DNA of 63,703 nucleotides, filler included, from Octopus bimaculoides (GCF_001194135.2; 8 parts of 6 records of this genome joined end to end with filler, not necessarily neighbours in it), one strand, 5' to 3'. Counted from the whole stretch's first letter, positions 1 to 14,386 are shown. Made by a program: numbers and translations. Notes: generated from the sequence alone by a model not told the origin.

Positions 1-904
1 GTGTGGTGAGGAAGTAGCACAGGTAATATATTAATATGGCGCTGTTGTTTTACGTTTAGAACATAGCTCTTCGTCGGAAACAAGAAAGATAGAAAAGTTC
101 AAAGGGGAAGAAGGAAGGAGTAAAAATCATCTGCAGTCCTCGTGCAGTTACATTTCTGAAGTGACCGGAAGTAGAAGGAGGAAGAGAAAGTGCTCTCTGG
201 GAGAAGAAAATGTGAATATGGTCAGTATGTGTGTTTGTGTGGTAGTGTGTGTGCATGTGTGCATTTGTGTTTGTGTGAGTAGTGTGTGTTTGTGTGGTAG
301 GATTTGTGTGCGTCTGTGTGTTAATGACGCTCTGAGAGGTCTGGTTTAGAAAGCTGCATAAAAAGTGATCTGTAAAAGGTAGCTTGAAGTTTGGTTTCTT
401 CTCAAAGCAGAAAGAATAAGAATAAATAAATAAATAAATAAATAAACACTAAGTCCTTGTTTGTAAAAAAATTGGGCCTGGTTTTGCACTCACTAAGCAA
501 ATTTCGTCCGAAGCCAATTTACATTCATACTTATAGAAATACTACACACATATTACCCCGAGATAATTAAACCTCTCCACTTATCTCAGTGATGTTCGAC
601 AAACATGTAGGGTGCACCGGGAAAACCTTCTTGACGAGCCAAGTAGTATCATGTCTATAAATATCAGCTAGCCTATCTTACATCCACTGATTGTGATGCT
701 ACTCCCTCAACGACTACACATGTCTACTTCATAAAATTTATGAAGTATCCCGCAAGTTAGAGAATACCAACTATATTGACACAAACACACACGCACATAC
801 ACACATATTTATACATAGATACATACATACATGCATACATACATCCATCCATACATACATACATATATACATACATACATACATACATACATACATACAT
901 ACAT

Positions 905-995
905 GCTAAAATACCTTGTTGATGTTGAAATTCCAATGAAGGAGTCTTGGCTCTTTCTCTATTGACAAGAAATCTTTAAATAAAACTGAATGATG
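905..995 (+). mobile_element. (CATA)n-embedded short element, copy 1 (internally deleted)
   Basis: taaaataccttgttgatgttgaaattccaatgaaggag...aaataaaactgaatgatga with (CATA)n on both sides. Homologous to 14661-14765 and 32920-33030. Confidence 0.75.
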
Positions 996-1083
996 ACATA
1001 CATACATACACACATACCTACATACCTACATACATATACACACACACACACACACACATATATATATGTATATATATATATAC

Positions 1084-1116
<33 letters not shown>

Positions 1117-1907
1117 NNNNNNNNNNNNNNNNNNNNNNNNNNNNNNNNNNNNNNNNNNNNNNNNNNNNNNNNNNNNNNNNNNNNNNNNNNNNNNNNNNNN
1201 NNNNNNNNNNNNNNNNNNNNNNNNNNNNNNNNNNNNNNNNNNNNNNNNNNNNNNNNNNNNNNNNNNNNNNNNNNNNNNNNNNNNNNNNNNNNNNNNNNNN
1301 NNNNNNNNNNNNNNNNNNNNNNNNNNNNNNNNNNNNNNNNNNNNNNNNNNNNNNNNNNNNNNNNNNNNNNNNNNNNNNNNNNNNNNNNNNNNNNNNNNNN
1401 NNNNNNNNNNNNNNNNNNNNNNNNNNNNNNNNNNNNNNNNNNNNNNNNNNNNNNNNNNNNNNNNNNNNNNNNNNNNNNNNNNNNNNNNNNNNNNNNNNNN
1501 NNNNNNNNNNNNNNNNNNNNNNNNNNNNNNNNNNNNNNNNNNNNNNNNNNNNNNNNNNNNNNNNNNNNNNNNNNNNNNNNNNNNNNNNNNNNNNNNNNNN
1601 NNNNNNNNNNNNNNNNNNNNNNNNNNNNNNNNNNNNNNNNNNNNNNNNNNNNNNNNNNNNNNNNNNNNNNNNNNNNNNNNNNNNNNNNNNNNNNNNNNNN
1701 NNNNNNNNNNNNNNNNNNNNNNNNNNNNNNNNNNNNNNNNNNNNNNNNNNNNNNNNNNNNNNNNNNNNNNNNNNNNNNNNNNNNNNNNNNNNNNNNNNNN
1801 NNNNNNNNNNNNNNNNNNNNNNNNNNNNNNNNNNNNNNNNNNNNNNNNNNNNNNNNNNNNNNNNNNNNACACACACACACACATATATATATGTATATAT
1901 ATATATA

Positions 1908-3148
1908 CCAGGTTAAGTCAAAAGTTTTTTATGATTTTCACTGAAGATTTTTGTCAACTCATATCTTTGTATCTGCGTATTATATCATTAATTTGATACA
2001 CCCTGATGTACAATCGTTGATGAATTGTTTATATGCTTTATGCCAAATCTTTGATGATGGGTAGTGAAAAGATTGTAATTAGAGCCATTCTCCGCTACCT
2101 GTGGGAAAAGGACTGAGTGTCAGGGCAGTGGCGAAAGAAATGACTGATGTGAGCGGCTCAGGAACTATCAAGGAACGTGTGGCACAAAACTGGTTTAGAC
2201 GCTTTAATGAAAGTGACCCGGCCTCGATGACAAACCAAAGTTAGGGAGACCTTCTGTTGTGGAAGTTAGGCCTTGTTTGAAATAGTTGAGCAATAAACAA
2301 GCACAAGTATCGTACATTATCGGCAGAACTTGGCCCTTCATAAAGCACAACTAATCGACACCTCCTTCATAAGCGTGGACTTGTGAACAGGCGCTGTTGA
2401 GAAGCTCTTCATGAACTAACCACTGACCAGTGTCGACGACGTGTGAATATTTGTAAATAATTGCAGGAAAATCCTCGAGATGCCCGAATTGTAACTGAGA
2501 ATGAAAAATGAATCTATTTTCGTAAACCTAGTAAGAGAAACCAATGACTTCGTTCTGGTCAGGCTTCAGAACTTTTTGTCAAACAAAGTCAGTTTGAACA
2601 GTAGGTTATGTTGTGTGTTTGGTGGAATTTCTGGTGGGGGTTGTACTTTGAGCTTCTCCCAGATAGTCATGTTGTAAGCGCCAACATTTTTCCTCAACAA
2701 ATGAGGCGAATGTATAATGCTTGAAAGCCCGCTATCTGGCATTGATCAATCGAAGATGCGCACTCCTACAGCATGAAAATGCTCCAGCACACACTGTCAC
2801 TATAACCAAGTGCAAACTTGGGGAACTTGAGAGATTAGAAATGCTGCTTTACTTTCCCTCCTGTCCTGACCTTGCACCACCAGATTACCACTTTTCCGAG
2901 CCATGGCTCATTTCGTGAACAGATGGAAGTTCAACAATATGGATGAGGTTGAAAACTGGCGCAGAGAGATTTTTGCCTCTAATCCAGCCAAATGGTATAA
3001 GCGTGGAACCGAGCTTCTGGCACAACGATGGCAACAGACAATAGCATATGATGGGATATATTTTGATGAATAAGCCCTTTTCGTATGTAATTTGTTTGAA
3101 CTATTTATTAAAGCTTGAAATATGTAGAGAACTTTTGACTCAACATGG
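1908..3148 (+). mobile_element. Full-length degenerate mariner transposon
   Basis: TA|ccaggttaagtcaaaagttttttatgattttca matches the reverse complement of the right end (TA|ccatgttgagtcaaaagttctctacatatttca). TA target duplication, 1241 bp, transposase remnant inside. Confidence 0.92.
2054..3073 (+). pseudogene. Mariner transposase pseudogene
   Basis: MGSEKIVIRAILRYLWEKG...QNWFRRF (HTH), IVTENEK (first D region), LLQHENAPAH, PSCPDLAPPDYH (YSPDL motif) and YDGIYFDE*. Multiple stops and frameshifts. Confidence 0.88.
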
Positions 3149-4799
3149 TATATAAATCGTTGTTGACCAGGTGTTATATTTCCAAATTATGGCATAGATG
3201 TTTACTTTATCTTTTATCATTATGTAAATGTCCGCTGGACAACATATTTTTTATATTGAACTACATTATATACGTATTATTCTATTTGAGAATACCGCTT
3301 TCTTCATATGGCATAGTCAAGAAAAACGGGCTGTACCATTTTCATTTGCAAGACCTCTGTGACTGATGTGAATAACAAGGTCTATGTTTAGTTTATATAT
3401 CTGTAAGTAAACGTTTGTCATAATATATGTTCCACCAGGTAAAAGACTTGGATTACTGTAAGTAGTTTTACAAACTTCTTTTGTCGACTTTAAAACTTAT
3501 GTTAAAATTATTTTATTCTACATGAATATTATTTACGTTGATATACACCTACATATAACCATTTATATAAATTATTTGGAATATATATTCTAATGATATA
3601 TATATATTTCGTTGCCTTTTCTGCCAGATCAGAAAGTCACTACGTTACTCCAATTGCCCTTTTATTAAACAGAGGAGATGTAAATATGTATACCTTGGAT
3701 AGCACGTTAATCTCACATTGTGACTTTCTCATAAGAAGAGCAGGGTGAACTAAAACTATGTAGACTAAATTATTTTGCCATGTGTCTCAATGAAATGCAT
3801 ACAGAAGATTTAAATTCAAAGGTCATGAGCTGGCAACCTAATATTTTATACACTTTTCCACACCAGAAAAACACTTTAAAATATTTTAAGAAGCTTGTCT
3901 TAATATGGCGTTAAAAGTAAAATGACGTTAACGTTAACGCAGAGGCATTATGACGCTAAGTGGAAATAATTATGCGACGTGGAAAAGAGAGCATCGTTTA
4001 TTAATTTTATTATTTCGGTAAGTTGAAGAGAAACTGCAAGCAGGTCTTGGTCGTATTATGGGCTTTTATGAATTATGTATAGAGTTCATCGTAGTTGTAA
4101 AATTGCAAGAATGAACACCAGTTGGTCTAGAAACACATTTGTAAAGGTAGTGTCAGCATTTTTGTTTTGAAATACTTACAGTTATACTGTGCAGCTAATC
4201 TTATTTTCCCCCAATGCGTATTTATTTCAAGTTAATTCACAGGATTCAATATATTAATAGTAACCTAAGTACAGATTTATTATGCGAAAATTGCGTCTCT
4301 GAGTAACATAATATTGTATTGCCAAGATGGCTGATTGCATAGCGTTATAAAACTATTAACTCAGACATTGCTCCTTTGTATTTATTGGTAGAACCCTTTA
4401 TTCTCGATTGCTTCACTTCATTTAGCTGACGAGAATAAGTATCGGCTATGAGAACGCTACAGCTTATAGCCTAAAGTTCTATCCAAGAGATCTATCCCTC
4501 ATTAGCTTAACGCTACGAAACCGAAACTAAGCCGTTAATGACCATCTACATTTTTCATCTCTATACTTCTAGAAATTAAGCAAAAAATTAGCTAAGTTAT
4601 ATTCTACTTGTAGAAGGCAGATTGCTCTAGAAGATAACATAAAATAGGCTAACGACTATTTGATTCTGTAGATATACGGAAACAAATACATTAGACTATG
4701 TTGATATTGCCAGATATCTAATAACATGTGCTGATATTACGACATTAATATTGAATTATGCTAATATTAAAACATAGCTATAAGATGAATGTGATATCG

Positions 4800-5200
4800 G
4801 AAGAAAGTAATTTCTATCAAATGCTATCCAAGTAATACTTTAAAAAGCTGTACTCTGTTTTCAAATTATGTATCGAACGAGTTACATCTAAAGTTCCATC
4901 TGGATTGCGACTGTTTAATGCTCCGTGGAATTATGTCTAAAAATCTATTCCTACAACGTAAATGGCAAATTTTGTCTGGTTAATATACAGATGGAAAGTT
5001 TTAATGGACCGAAAATGAGATTAGTGCGAGGTGTGAAATAATTGGTTGGCGAAGAGACTTTCGAAGAGATTGAGGGATAGATAGATTATGGATAAGAAGG
5101 CGGGTGAAGGTGGGAAGATGGTTGACGAAGTATAGTGAACCGAAGGCAGTAAAGAATCAGTGATGTAAAAAAAGAAAAAGGTTAAGAATGTATCAGAGAT
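4800..5200 (-). mobile_element. Possible very old CR1/L2-like RT remnant
   Basis: PAFLSIIYLSLNLFESLFANQLF resembles RT domain 1-2 (PISLLxxLSKLFExLIxxQL). Otherwise heavily decayed. Confidence 0.3.
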
Positions 5201-5903
5201 ATAAGTTATCACATTGGTATTTATATATGCATGAATACATGCATGTGTGTATGTATGAAAAAATATATACAAATATATATATATATTTATATACATATGC
5301 ACACATAGTCACACACACATATATATAGAGACAGACAGACAGACACAAATATACATACACGCACATATACATATACGCATATATGTATAATTAATAAATA
5401 TTTATGCACGTATATGTATAAATACGAATAAATATACAATATTTTATATATTACATATATATCAAATTAATAAATATAAATACATGTATATGTCTGTATA
5501 TGTATGTATATATATATATANNNNNNNNNNNNNNNNNNNNNNNNNNNNNNNNNNNNNNNNNNNNNNNNNNNNNNNNNNNNNNNNNNNNNNNNNNNNNNNN
5601 NNNNNNNNNNNNNNNNNNNNNNNNNNNNNNNNNNNNNNNNNNNNNNNNNNNNNNNNNNNNNNNNNNNNNNNNNNNNNNNNNNNNNNNNNNNNNNNNNNNN
5701 NNNNNNNNNNNNNNNNNNNNNNNNNNNNNNNNNNNNNNNNNNNNNNNNNNNNNNNNNNNNNNNNNNNNNNNNNNNNNNNNNNNNNNNNNNNNNNNNNNNN
5801 NNNNNNNNNNNNNNNNNNNNNNNNNNNNNNNNNNNNNNNNNNNNNNNNNNNNNNNNNNNNNNNNNNNNNNNNNNNNNNNNNNNNNNNNNNNNNNNNNNNN
5901 NNN

Positions 5904-5950
<47 letters not shown>

Positions 5951-7096
5951 TGTGTGTGTGTGTGTGTGTGTGTGTCAAAAGGGAAAGAAGAGAAGCAGAG
6001 TGACAGGCAAACGGAGAGGCAGAGCAAGAGTGACAGATGGTATGCGAATGAGAAAACGTGAATACAAGAAGGCAAGAAAGGAGAGAGAGAAAAAAAATCT
6101 CTAAATACTGAACAATATTTTAATTCTCTATAGTAAATTGTAAATCTGAATACCATTTTTATTCCTATATATTTTCTTCTTTCTCTATCTGTATCTATTA
6201 AAAAGGCACTCTCTCAGTCATCTCCCCACCACCTTTTTTTCCACCATGTTCTGTTTTTCTTTCTCTTTTCTCTTTTCTCTCTCTCTCTATCAGTTTATCT
6301 ATCGCTTTGTACACACATACATATACACAAATATATATACATGTCTGTGTGTACATATATATGTGTATGTATGAGTGTGTTTGTGAGTGTATGTGTTCGT
6401 GTACGTATGCCAGTGTTTCAATATGTTTGTATGTGTAAGTACATGTTCTAGTCCTTATCTTGCCGTCTATCAGTATCAGTCTCTTCCTTTTATCTATTTT
6501 TTTCTTATTCTTCATTCTTACTTTCATCCCTCTTACTTTCTTATTGTATGCACACTTACACTGAAGTAATACTGCATCTATAAGTGCATATATGTGCATT
6601 TAAGCATATTATAAACTGAAGCAGCGAAACTTTCATGAATATACTCAAACTCTGCTTCCTTTTCTCTTCTCTCTCCCGTACTCTCTCTCTCTCACACACA
6701 CACACACATACACACACGTGCACACATACACACATACAAACACATACGCGTTTATACACGTACGTCGATACATATGTGTGTGTGTATGTGTGTTTGTGTG
6801 TGTGTGCTTATGTGTTTATATATATGCCATTATAATGTGCGTATGAAGAATGAAGCATATTCGCATACATGTGTGTATGNNNNNNNNNNATATAATATAT
6901 ATACATATATATATCATATATATAAATTTATATATTACATATATATATGTGTGTGTATGTATGTATTTATGCATGTATGATTGCGTGTGCGCATGCATTT
7001 TTGTATGCACAAATGAAGTTGAGGAGAAATTACTAGAGCGAGGTGGAACAGAAGAAAACGAAAAGATATTGCAAATCCTAAATACAAATAATAATG

Positions 7097-7159
<63 letters not shown>

Positions 7160-7469
7160 GAGAAGGAGGAATAGTAATAATAATAATGGTGATAAAGGGC
7201 AGAGCGAAAGGTGACTAGCATGTAATAAATAGATGTGTACGGAAAATTAGGACAGTTGAAGGCCATTTAATTTATTTTAGTTGGAAATACCATGGAATGT
7301 CTTCCGGAAACATTAATTCTGGGATAGAGCTTAACTAAATAGATGCTAATTGAAAGAACATTGAGTGTAGCAGTAAAGCACCGCCGACGGTGTGTGTGTG
7401 GGGCGGGGATGATGTTGATGTTAATGGCATTACTGCTACCACTAATCCTACTTCTACAACAACAACAAC

Positions 7470-7975
<506 letters not shown>

Positions 7976-7976
7976 C

Positions 7977-8063
<87 letters not shown>

Positions 8064-8254
8064 CCTTTCTACATTAGGCACAAGATCTTAAATTTGGCGG
8101 GTGAGCGCTAGTCGATTACATCGGACCCTGTGTATCACTGGTACTTAATTTATCGATCCTGAAAGGATGACAGGCATTTGAACTCTTAACCTAAAGTTTG
8201 GAAAAATGCCGCTAATCATTTTGTCCGGCATGCTAACGATTCTACAAGCTTGTC
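8064..8254 (-). mobile_element. SINE family B (GAGCTGGCAGAA head; GGTCGACTTTGCCTTTCATCC core)
   Basis: Degenerate reverse-complement match to the better copy at 35021-35222. Confidence 0.75.
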
Positions 8255-8389
8255 GTGTGTGTGTGTGTGTGTGTGTGTGTGTTGTGTGCGCGCGCGCGCC
8301 TAGGAATTTCATCTGTTACTCTAATGACTGCCAACAATGATGATGATGGTGATGACGACGACGATGGTGATAATGATGATGGTGACTTC

Positions 8390-8712
8390 TTTTATTAAGT
8401 CTTAAGGGTTTACACAAGGAGCAAGGGCGGTAAATACAATACGAGATAATGGGGGATTACATGAATATATATGAACAGTAAAATAACAAAAACAAAGAAA
8501 TGAATAATTCAAACCAGAAAACTTTCCCAAAAGTAGTGGAGACTTCTAAGAGCTGCTCTTGGAAACACCACAAAACAAGGGTCGCCCTAATCATCATAGC
8601 AAGCACCCTTTCCTCTAGCTTCTCTCTCAATCTACAGTAGCATGTTCAGAGCAAGCCTGTACTATCGGACCATTCTTACCACATTCACCCACCATTCGAC
8701 AATGTTTTCTGA
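8390..8712 (-). mobile_element. L1/Tx1-type LINE 3' end
   Basis: Minus strand gaatggtgggtgaatgtggtaagaatggtccg (WWVNVVRMVR, ORF2 end), then a T-rich 3' UTR and cttaataaag terminus. Confidence 0.6.
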
Positions 8713-8749
8713 ATAATGATGATAATTTATAATAATTATAATAATCATT

Positions 8750-10800
8750 TGCCAAAAAATGTGAACGAGAGGACCATACATGGACAGATTACGTAAAAAG
8801 CAAGTACGTTGCTTTCCTCTAACGATGGACTAACGTCTGAAAAGCTGAGAATCATTTCCCTTCCTTTTAAGCGTTAAGCTAATAGAATATTTGTTAAATC
8901 TTATTCTGTGTTTTTCTTTTTTTTAATATTCTACTCGTCGTAGTCCTTAAGGATGGGGATAAAGGCATGCGTCCCAGAAATCTTCGTCTCTCTAATGACC
9001 ACGATGTCTATATATAGTGATCTGAGGTCATTGAGCAATTAACGACTTCAATTTTGACCCAACGCCACTTACGTTTATGTATCATAATTTAAATGTGAAC
9101 TTGGGTAGAGAAGAGAAAGTGTGAGATCACGTATATAATCTTGAAGAAGGGTGAATAATCCACAGTTTTGACTTAGAGAAATGGTTCCTTGAAATGACCT
9201 CCCCATCTCCAAAATTGTACACCTTCCGTCGGAAAATTCAGACTCAACGTTAAAATATTTTCTTTAACATCATATAGTTATCAGTCGATGTCTTCAAAAG
9301 AAATCAGTCTTTTGTTTTTATTTTAACTAAGAGTTAATATCTGCTCCAATAACTCACTTTTGCTTTTATATACAACTGTGGGGTTCATGGAGAGTATTCC
9401 TTCTGTTTTCGGTAGCGTCAGCAGCTCAAGTTTCTTCAGGCTGTGTTTTTGTTTCTGCCTTAACTCCGTCTTGTCGGCAAGTGAATATTGTAATCATGTT
9501 TGTGTGGTGCTTGCAAAAGACTGCTTTGTTTACGGTGGTGTCGGCGCTGATGACGGTGTTGTTAAAAACATTGCTTTCGTTGGTGGCACAAGTAATATCC
9601 AGTCAAAATTTGATTTTCCTCTTGTTTAGTAAATGCCACTCACCCACATACGATCGAAACCTCACTAGATAGGTGGACCAGAGTAACTCATGTATTTGTT
9701 CCTTGATAATCATTTAGTTCCATACCGAAAATGTTCGTAAGTAGTTCAGTTGTCAAAGAAGGGACTCACATCCTGCTGAAATTTCGCGTACATTTCCCTT
9801 TTTTAACCAGTAATTACCTGTCCAGTATTTTCAGAGAGGTAGCTGGGGGAGGCCTCTCTTCTCCTGCTTTGCATACCTTGTCTAGGGATTTACTTTCTTG
9901 TTCGGAATTTTCCTTCTCTTTCTATTCTTTGTACTGGATCCAGACAGTCTGTCACTCCTGATCGCTCTCTACAACCTCACTTTCTTAAGATACTGGGGTG
10001 ACACTATAAGTTGTAACCAAGATAGATCTTGGTTGTAGACTTATGGTCCTGAGGATAAGATAGACGTTTCAATAGTCAACTGACGAGCAAGCAGTGGTAT
10101 GATTGGTGCTATTGTTGAAACAGGGATCTCCGGATACTGTTCTGGTTACTGGTTCTACTGCTGATTCTCTCAGAGCAATTCTAGTTTCTCAGTACAAAAC
10201 ATCTCCAAGAAGTTCTTCATGCCACAAGTGTAACAACTGAGCTTTCTAACTGCACCATCAGCCTCATGACTTTTCTTTCTGCATCAGTTATGGATCATAA
10301 TTCCGAATTTCTCTGTATTTACCGCTTGTCATTACGATTTTCATCTCCATATAGACTTTATATCCTCTTACTACATATCGTAAGTTGGTTATTTCGGCGC
10401 TTACCATTTGCCCGTCCACCGTCACAAAAGTATCTTAAATTATAACCCTTGTGTGACGCCACTACTTGTATTGCGGTAGGAGTTTCTGGGTCTCTAAGTA
10501 ACGTACCAATTCGCCCGGTTTATCTCGCCTCTTGCTCCGTTTTCGATATTACGTATATGATTCCACTCTTTCTTCTCTTACCGACAGACGATATTTTTTT
10601 CCATCGTTTAAGGCAGCCTGCAATTTCTCTTTCGAGCATGAGAAAAGCCACTGTGTCTTTCAAAATGAAGGGAGACGTTACTTTTTTTTTATTGTTCTTC
10701 TAATAGTTGATGAATTTTCCCCTTATCATACAACTCTTTTAGCTAGACTTTTTCTGTGCCAGACAATTCATAAGAACTCCAGCGAAAGAAGGAAGCCTAG
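8750..10800 (-). mobile_element. Old L1/Tx1-type element: decayed ORF1 and endonuclease remnants
   Basis: MLEREIAGCLKRWKKISSVGKRRKSGIIYVISKTEQEAR aligns with MEEKIIEKCLKKIWPEITYINRAKRFGTIEVRFKSEEAAR of the 61.7 kb ORF1. Degenerate zinc knuckle CYTCGMKNFLEMFC near 10200-10240. SDH-like motif near 9020. Confidence 0.6.
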
Positions 10801-11039
10801 GGACCCTTTTCTTGTTTCTCAATTCATTTATCCACCTGATAATAAAAAGTGTGTGTGTATTGTGGAGGGTGTGTGTATTGTGGAGTGTGTGTGTGTATGT
10901 GTGGAGTGTGTATATATGTGTTATCGCTACTGGGCAAAGAAAATATCTGTGTCATTTGCTGCAGTTGACACATTCCTTTACTCTCATGTTTTTAATGCAG
11001 CATCTTAATTTCATAGATTTTCAGCTCGTGCCTGCGCAA

Positions 11040-11275
11040 TACTAAAGTCATTTGGTTTTGCTATGTCTTTTGTTAATCGATTATTGTCATTTTTGTCGTG
11101 GTAAAATGTCAGGTCTATTGTGTGTTATCTGGTGATCTTTCTGTATAATATAGCTCCATATTGTTTGTATTCGTATTTTTATTTTGTGAGAGTGCTCAAC
11201 AGTATTTTTTCTCGGGACATGAAACTGAGTCGCAAGGTATAGTAATGTTGTTGATGGAGATTGTGATGTGTGTAT
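11040..11275 (-). mobile_element. R4/Dong-type LINE RLE fragment
   Basis: TIWSYIIQKDHQITHNRPDI resembles ILWDxxIQTDxxIxHNRPDI, carrying the RPD catalytic motif. Confidence 0.7.
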
Positions 11276-11369
11276 TATTATAATCATCTTCATCCTCATC
11301 CTAATCCTACTCCTACTACTCCTCCTTCTCATCATTATCATCATCAACATCATCATCATCAACATCATC

Positions 11370-11463
<94 letters not shown>

Positions 11464-11466
11464 CAT

Positions 11467-11680
11467 AAGGTGGTGAGCTGGTAGAATCGTTAGCACGCAG
11501 GACAAAATGCTTAACAGCATTTCTTCCGACTGCTAGTTCAGAGTTCAAAATTCCGCCGAGGTCGATTTTAATTTTCATCCTTTAAGGGTTAATAAAATAA
11601 GTACCAATTGATCACTGGGGTCGATGTAATTGACTTACCCCTCCTCTGAAATTGTTGGTCCTGTTCCAAAATTTGAAGTC
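11467..11680 (+). mobile_element. SINE family B
   Basis: aaggtggtgagctggtagaatcgttagcacg...gttcaaaattccgccgaggtcga...ggggtcgatgtaattgac. Confidence 0.85.
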
Positions 11681-11957
11681 AATATTATTTTTATTAAGGC
11701 GGAAATGAACGCGTAATAACAGTATTACTCCATATCAGTGGCGTGCACTCTCAGACATGCAAGCTATGCGCCGCAAATTCTTGTTATATAATCGGAAAAT
11801 TAGATAAAATAGTTACTTTCTTGCAAAAAATAATCCGTCCAGTTTTCGAAATATTCTGTCTCCCCTTCCCCTCTCTCAGTGACTAGTAAAAGCTTTGAGA
11901 ATCCAGCATATAGACACTCCCTAACTCCCTATCTATGTTAGTTTGTCCTTCCTTCCT

Positions 11958-11996
<39 letters not shown>

Positions 11997-12129
11997 NNNN
12001 NNNNNNNNNNNNNNNNNNNNNNNNNNNNNNNNNNNNNNNNTTAATTAATTAANNNNNNNNNNNNNNNNNNNNNNNNNNNNNNNNNNNNNNNNNNNNTATA
12101 TGAGCATATGGATGTATACATACATATAT

Positions 12130-12262
12130 GTACATACCTACATCTACATGTATATATAGATGCATATCTGGGTACAGGACGTCAAAAAAACGTGGACAAA
12201 AAAGGAACGGGAACATAAACAAAGCACAAAAAACAGACTTTTTTTTACGGACAACAGAATGA

Positions 12263-12290
<28 letters not shown>
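12130..12290 (-). repeat. Unclassified interspersed repeat (tgtcctgtacccagatatgca family), copy 1
   Basis: Shares ~75 bp (gtcctgtacccagatatgcatctata.ataca.gt.gatgt.ggtatg) with 35560-35640 in opposite orientation. Confidence 0.6.
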
Positions 12291-12293
<3 letters not shown>

Positions 12294-12576
12294 GTAGTAT
12301 ATTGCCACTTAAGTGTGGCTGACCCCTAGGGGTGGATGTTACTGTTGCTTTTAGCCCCAGGAGGACATCTCCTCCAGCTGGCTTATCGACACACGACTGT
12401 GTCCTGTTTGCCAAGGGAAGTTATCCCTCTCACCTCTCACCACTGTACATATATATATATATATGTGCACAGTATATATACATACAGTGTCTATATATAT
12501 GTACATACATTTATGATGACTGAGTAAAAAAGGAAAGAGAAGTTATAGTAAGTATATACATACATAAATACATACA

Positions 12577-12607
<31 letters not shown>

Positions 12608-12907
12608 TATGTGTGNNNNNNNNNNGGGGGGGGGGGAGGTCATGTCTGTACGTGATCCCTTGTTTGATACTAGGTATGAATATATGAATATACTTATGTA
12701 TATTAGATAGTTACGTTAGGGCTTTGATAGTGCATAGACGCACACCCGCCATAGGTGCCTATTTTATAGTTCGGCTATTGTTCTATCATGATATAATTCT
12801 GTCATGAATTATTTTAAAATCTAATATCTAAGAAAGACTGAGTTAAGATGTAGTCGCTTTAAGAATAATAATAAAAAAAAAAAAAACTAAAGTGCATATA
12901 TATGTAT

Positions 12908-13071
12908 AGGCGTAGGAGTGGCTGTGTGGTAAATAGCTTGCTTACGAACCACATGATTCCGGGTTCAGTCCCACTGCGTGGCACTTTGGGCAAGTGTCTT
13001 CTACTATAGCCTCGGTTCGACCAAAGCCTTGTGAGTGGATTTGGTAGACGGAAACTGAAAGAAGCTCGTCG
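12908..13071 (+). mobile_element. SINE family A (AGGAGTGGCTGTGTGG head), 5' half
   Basis: tRNA-like head tggctgtgtgg...ggttcagtcc, body ...gacggaaactgaaagaag, running into (TA)n and a gap. Confidence 0.9.
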
Positions 13072-13075
13072 TATA

Positions 13076-13110
<35 letters not shown>

Positions 13111-14071
13111 NNNNNNNNNNNNNNNNNNNNNNNNNNNNNNNNNNNNNNNNNNNNNNNNNNNNNNNNNNNNNNNNNNNNNNNNNNNNNNNNNNNNNNNNNN
13201 NNNNNNNNNNNNNNNNNNNNNNNNNNNNNNNNNNNNNNNNNNNNNNNNNNNNNNNNNNNNNNNNNNNNNNNNNNNNNNNNNNNNNNNNNNNNNNNNNNNN
13301 NNNNNNNNNNNNNNNNNNNNNNNNNNNNNNNNNNNNNNNNNNNNNNNNNNNNNNNNNNNNNNNNNNNNNNNNNNNNNNNNNNNNNNNNNNNNNNNNNNNN
13401 NNNNNNNNNNNNNNNNNNNNNNNNNNNNNNNNNNNNNNNNNNNNNNNNNNNNNNNNNNNNNNNNNNNNNNNNNNNNNNNNNNNNNNNNNNNNNNNNNNNN
13501 NNNNNNNNNNNNNNNNNNNNNNNNNNNNNNNNNNNNNNNNNNNNNNNNNNNNNNNNNNNNNNNNNNNNNNNNNNNNNNNNNNNNNNNNNNNNNNNNNNNN
13601 NNNNNNNNNNNNNNNNNNNNNNNNNNNNNNNNNNNNNNNNNNNNNNNNNNNNNNNNNNNNNNNNNNNNNNNNNNNNNNNNNNNNNNNNNNNNNNNNNNNN
13701 NNNNNNNNNNNNNNNNNNNNNNNNNNNNNNNNNNNNNNNNNNNNNNNNNNNNNNNNNNNNNNNNNNNNNNNNNNNNNNNNNNNNNNNNNNNNNNNNNNNN
13801 NNNNNNNNNNNNNNNNNNNNNNNNNNNNNNNNNNNNNNNNNNNNNNNNNNNNNNNNNNNNNNNNNNNNNNNNNNNNNNNNNNNNNNNNNNNNNNNNNNNN
13901 NNNNNNNNNNNNNNNNNNNNNNNNNNNNNNNNNNNNNNNNNNNNNNNNNNNNNNNNNNNNNNNNNNNNNNNNNNNNNNNNNNNNNNNNNNNNNNNNNNNN
14001 NNNNNNNNNNNNNNNNNNNNNNNNNNNNNNNNNNNNNNNNNNNNNNNNNNNNNNNNNNNNNNNNNNNNNNN

Positions 14072-14205
14072 CCTCGACCGGGTCGTGTGTTGTGATCTTG
14101 AGCCAAACACTTCATGTCACGTTGCACCGCGATCACTTCGACATCCGACACAATGTCGATTTGATGGAGAGAGTGAACTGATGTGCAGCACCAACATTTG
14201 ACCAC
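14072..14205 (+). mobile_element. SINE family D fragment
   Basis: gaccgggtcgtgtgttgtgatcttgagccaaacact matches the family D core tgttgtgttcttgagcaagacact (37270-37628). Confidence 0.6.
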
Positions 14206-14227
14206 TATATATATATATATATATATA

Positions 14228-14386
14228 CAACGGGATTCTTTCAGTTTCCGTCTACCGAATCTACTCACAAGGCTTTGGTCGGCCCGAGGCTATAGTAGAA
14301 GACACTTGCCCAAGATGCCATGCAGTGGGACTGAACCCGAAACCATGTGGTTCGTATGCAAGCTACTTACCACACAGCCACTCCTG
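14228..14386 (-). mobile_element. SINE family A, 5' half
   Basis: Reverse complement is near-identical to 14925-15085. Confidence 0.9.

Noticed and set aside
4425-4540. CTGACGAG ... CGAAAC words
   Set aside because: Could not build stems I and III; a chance match is likely.
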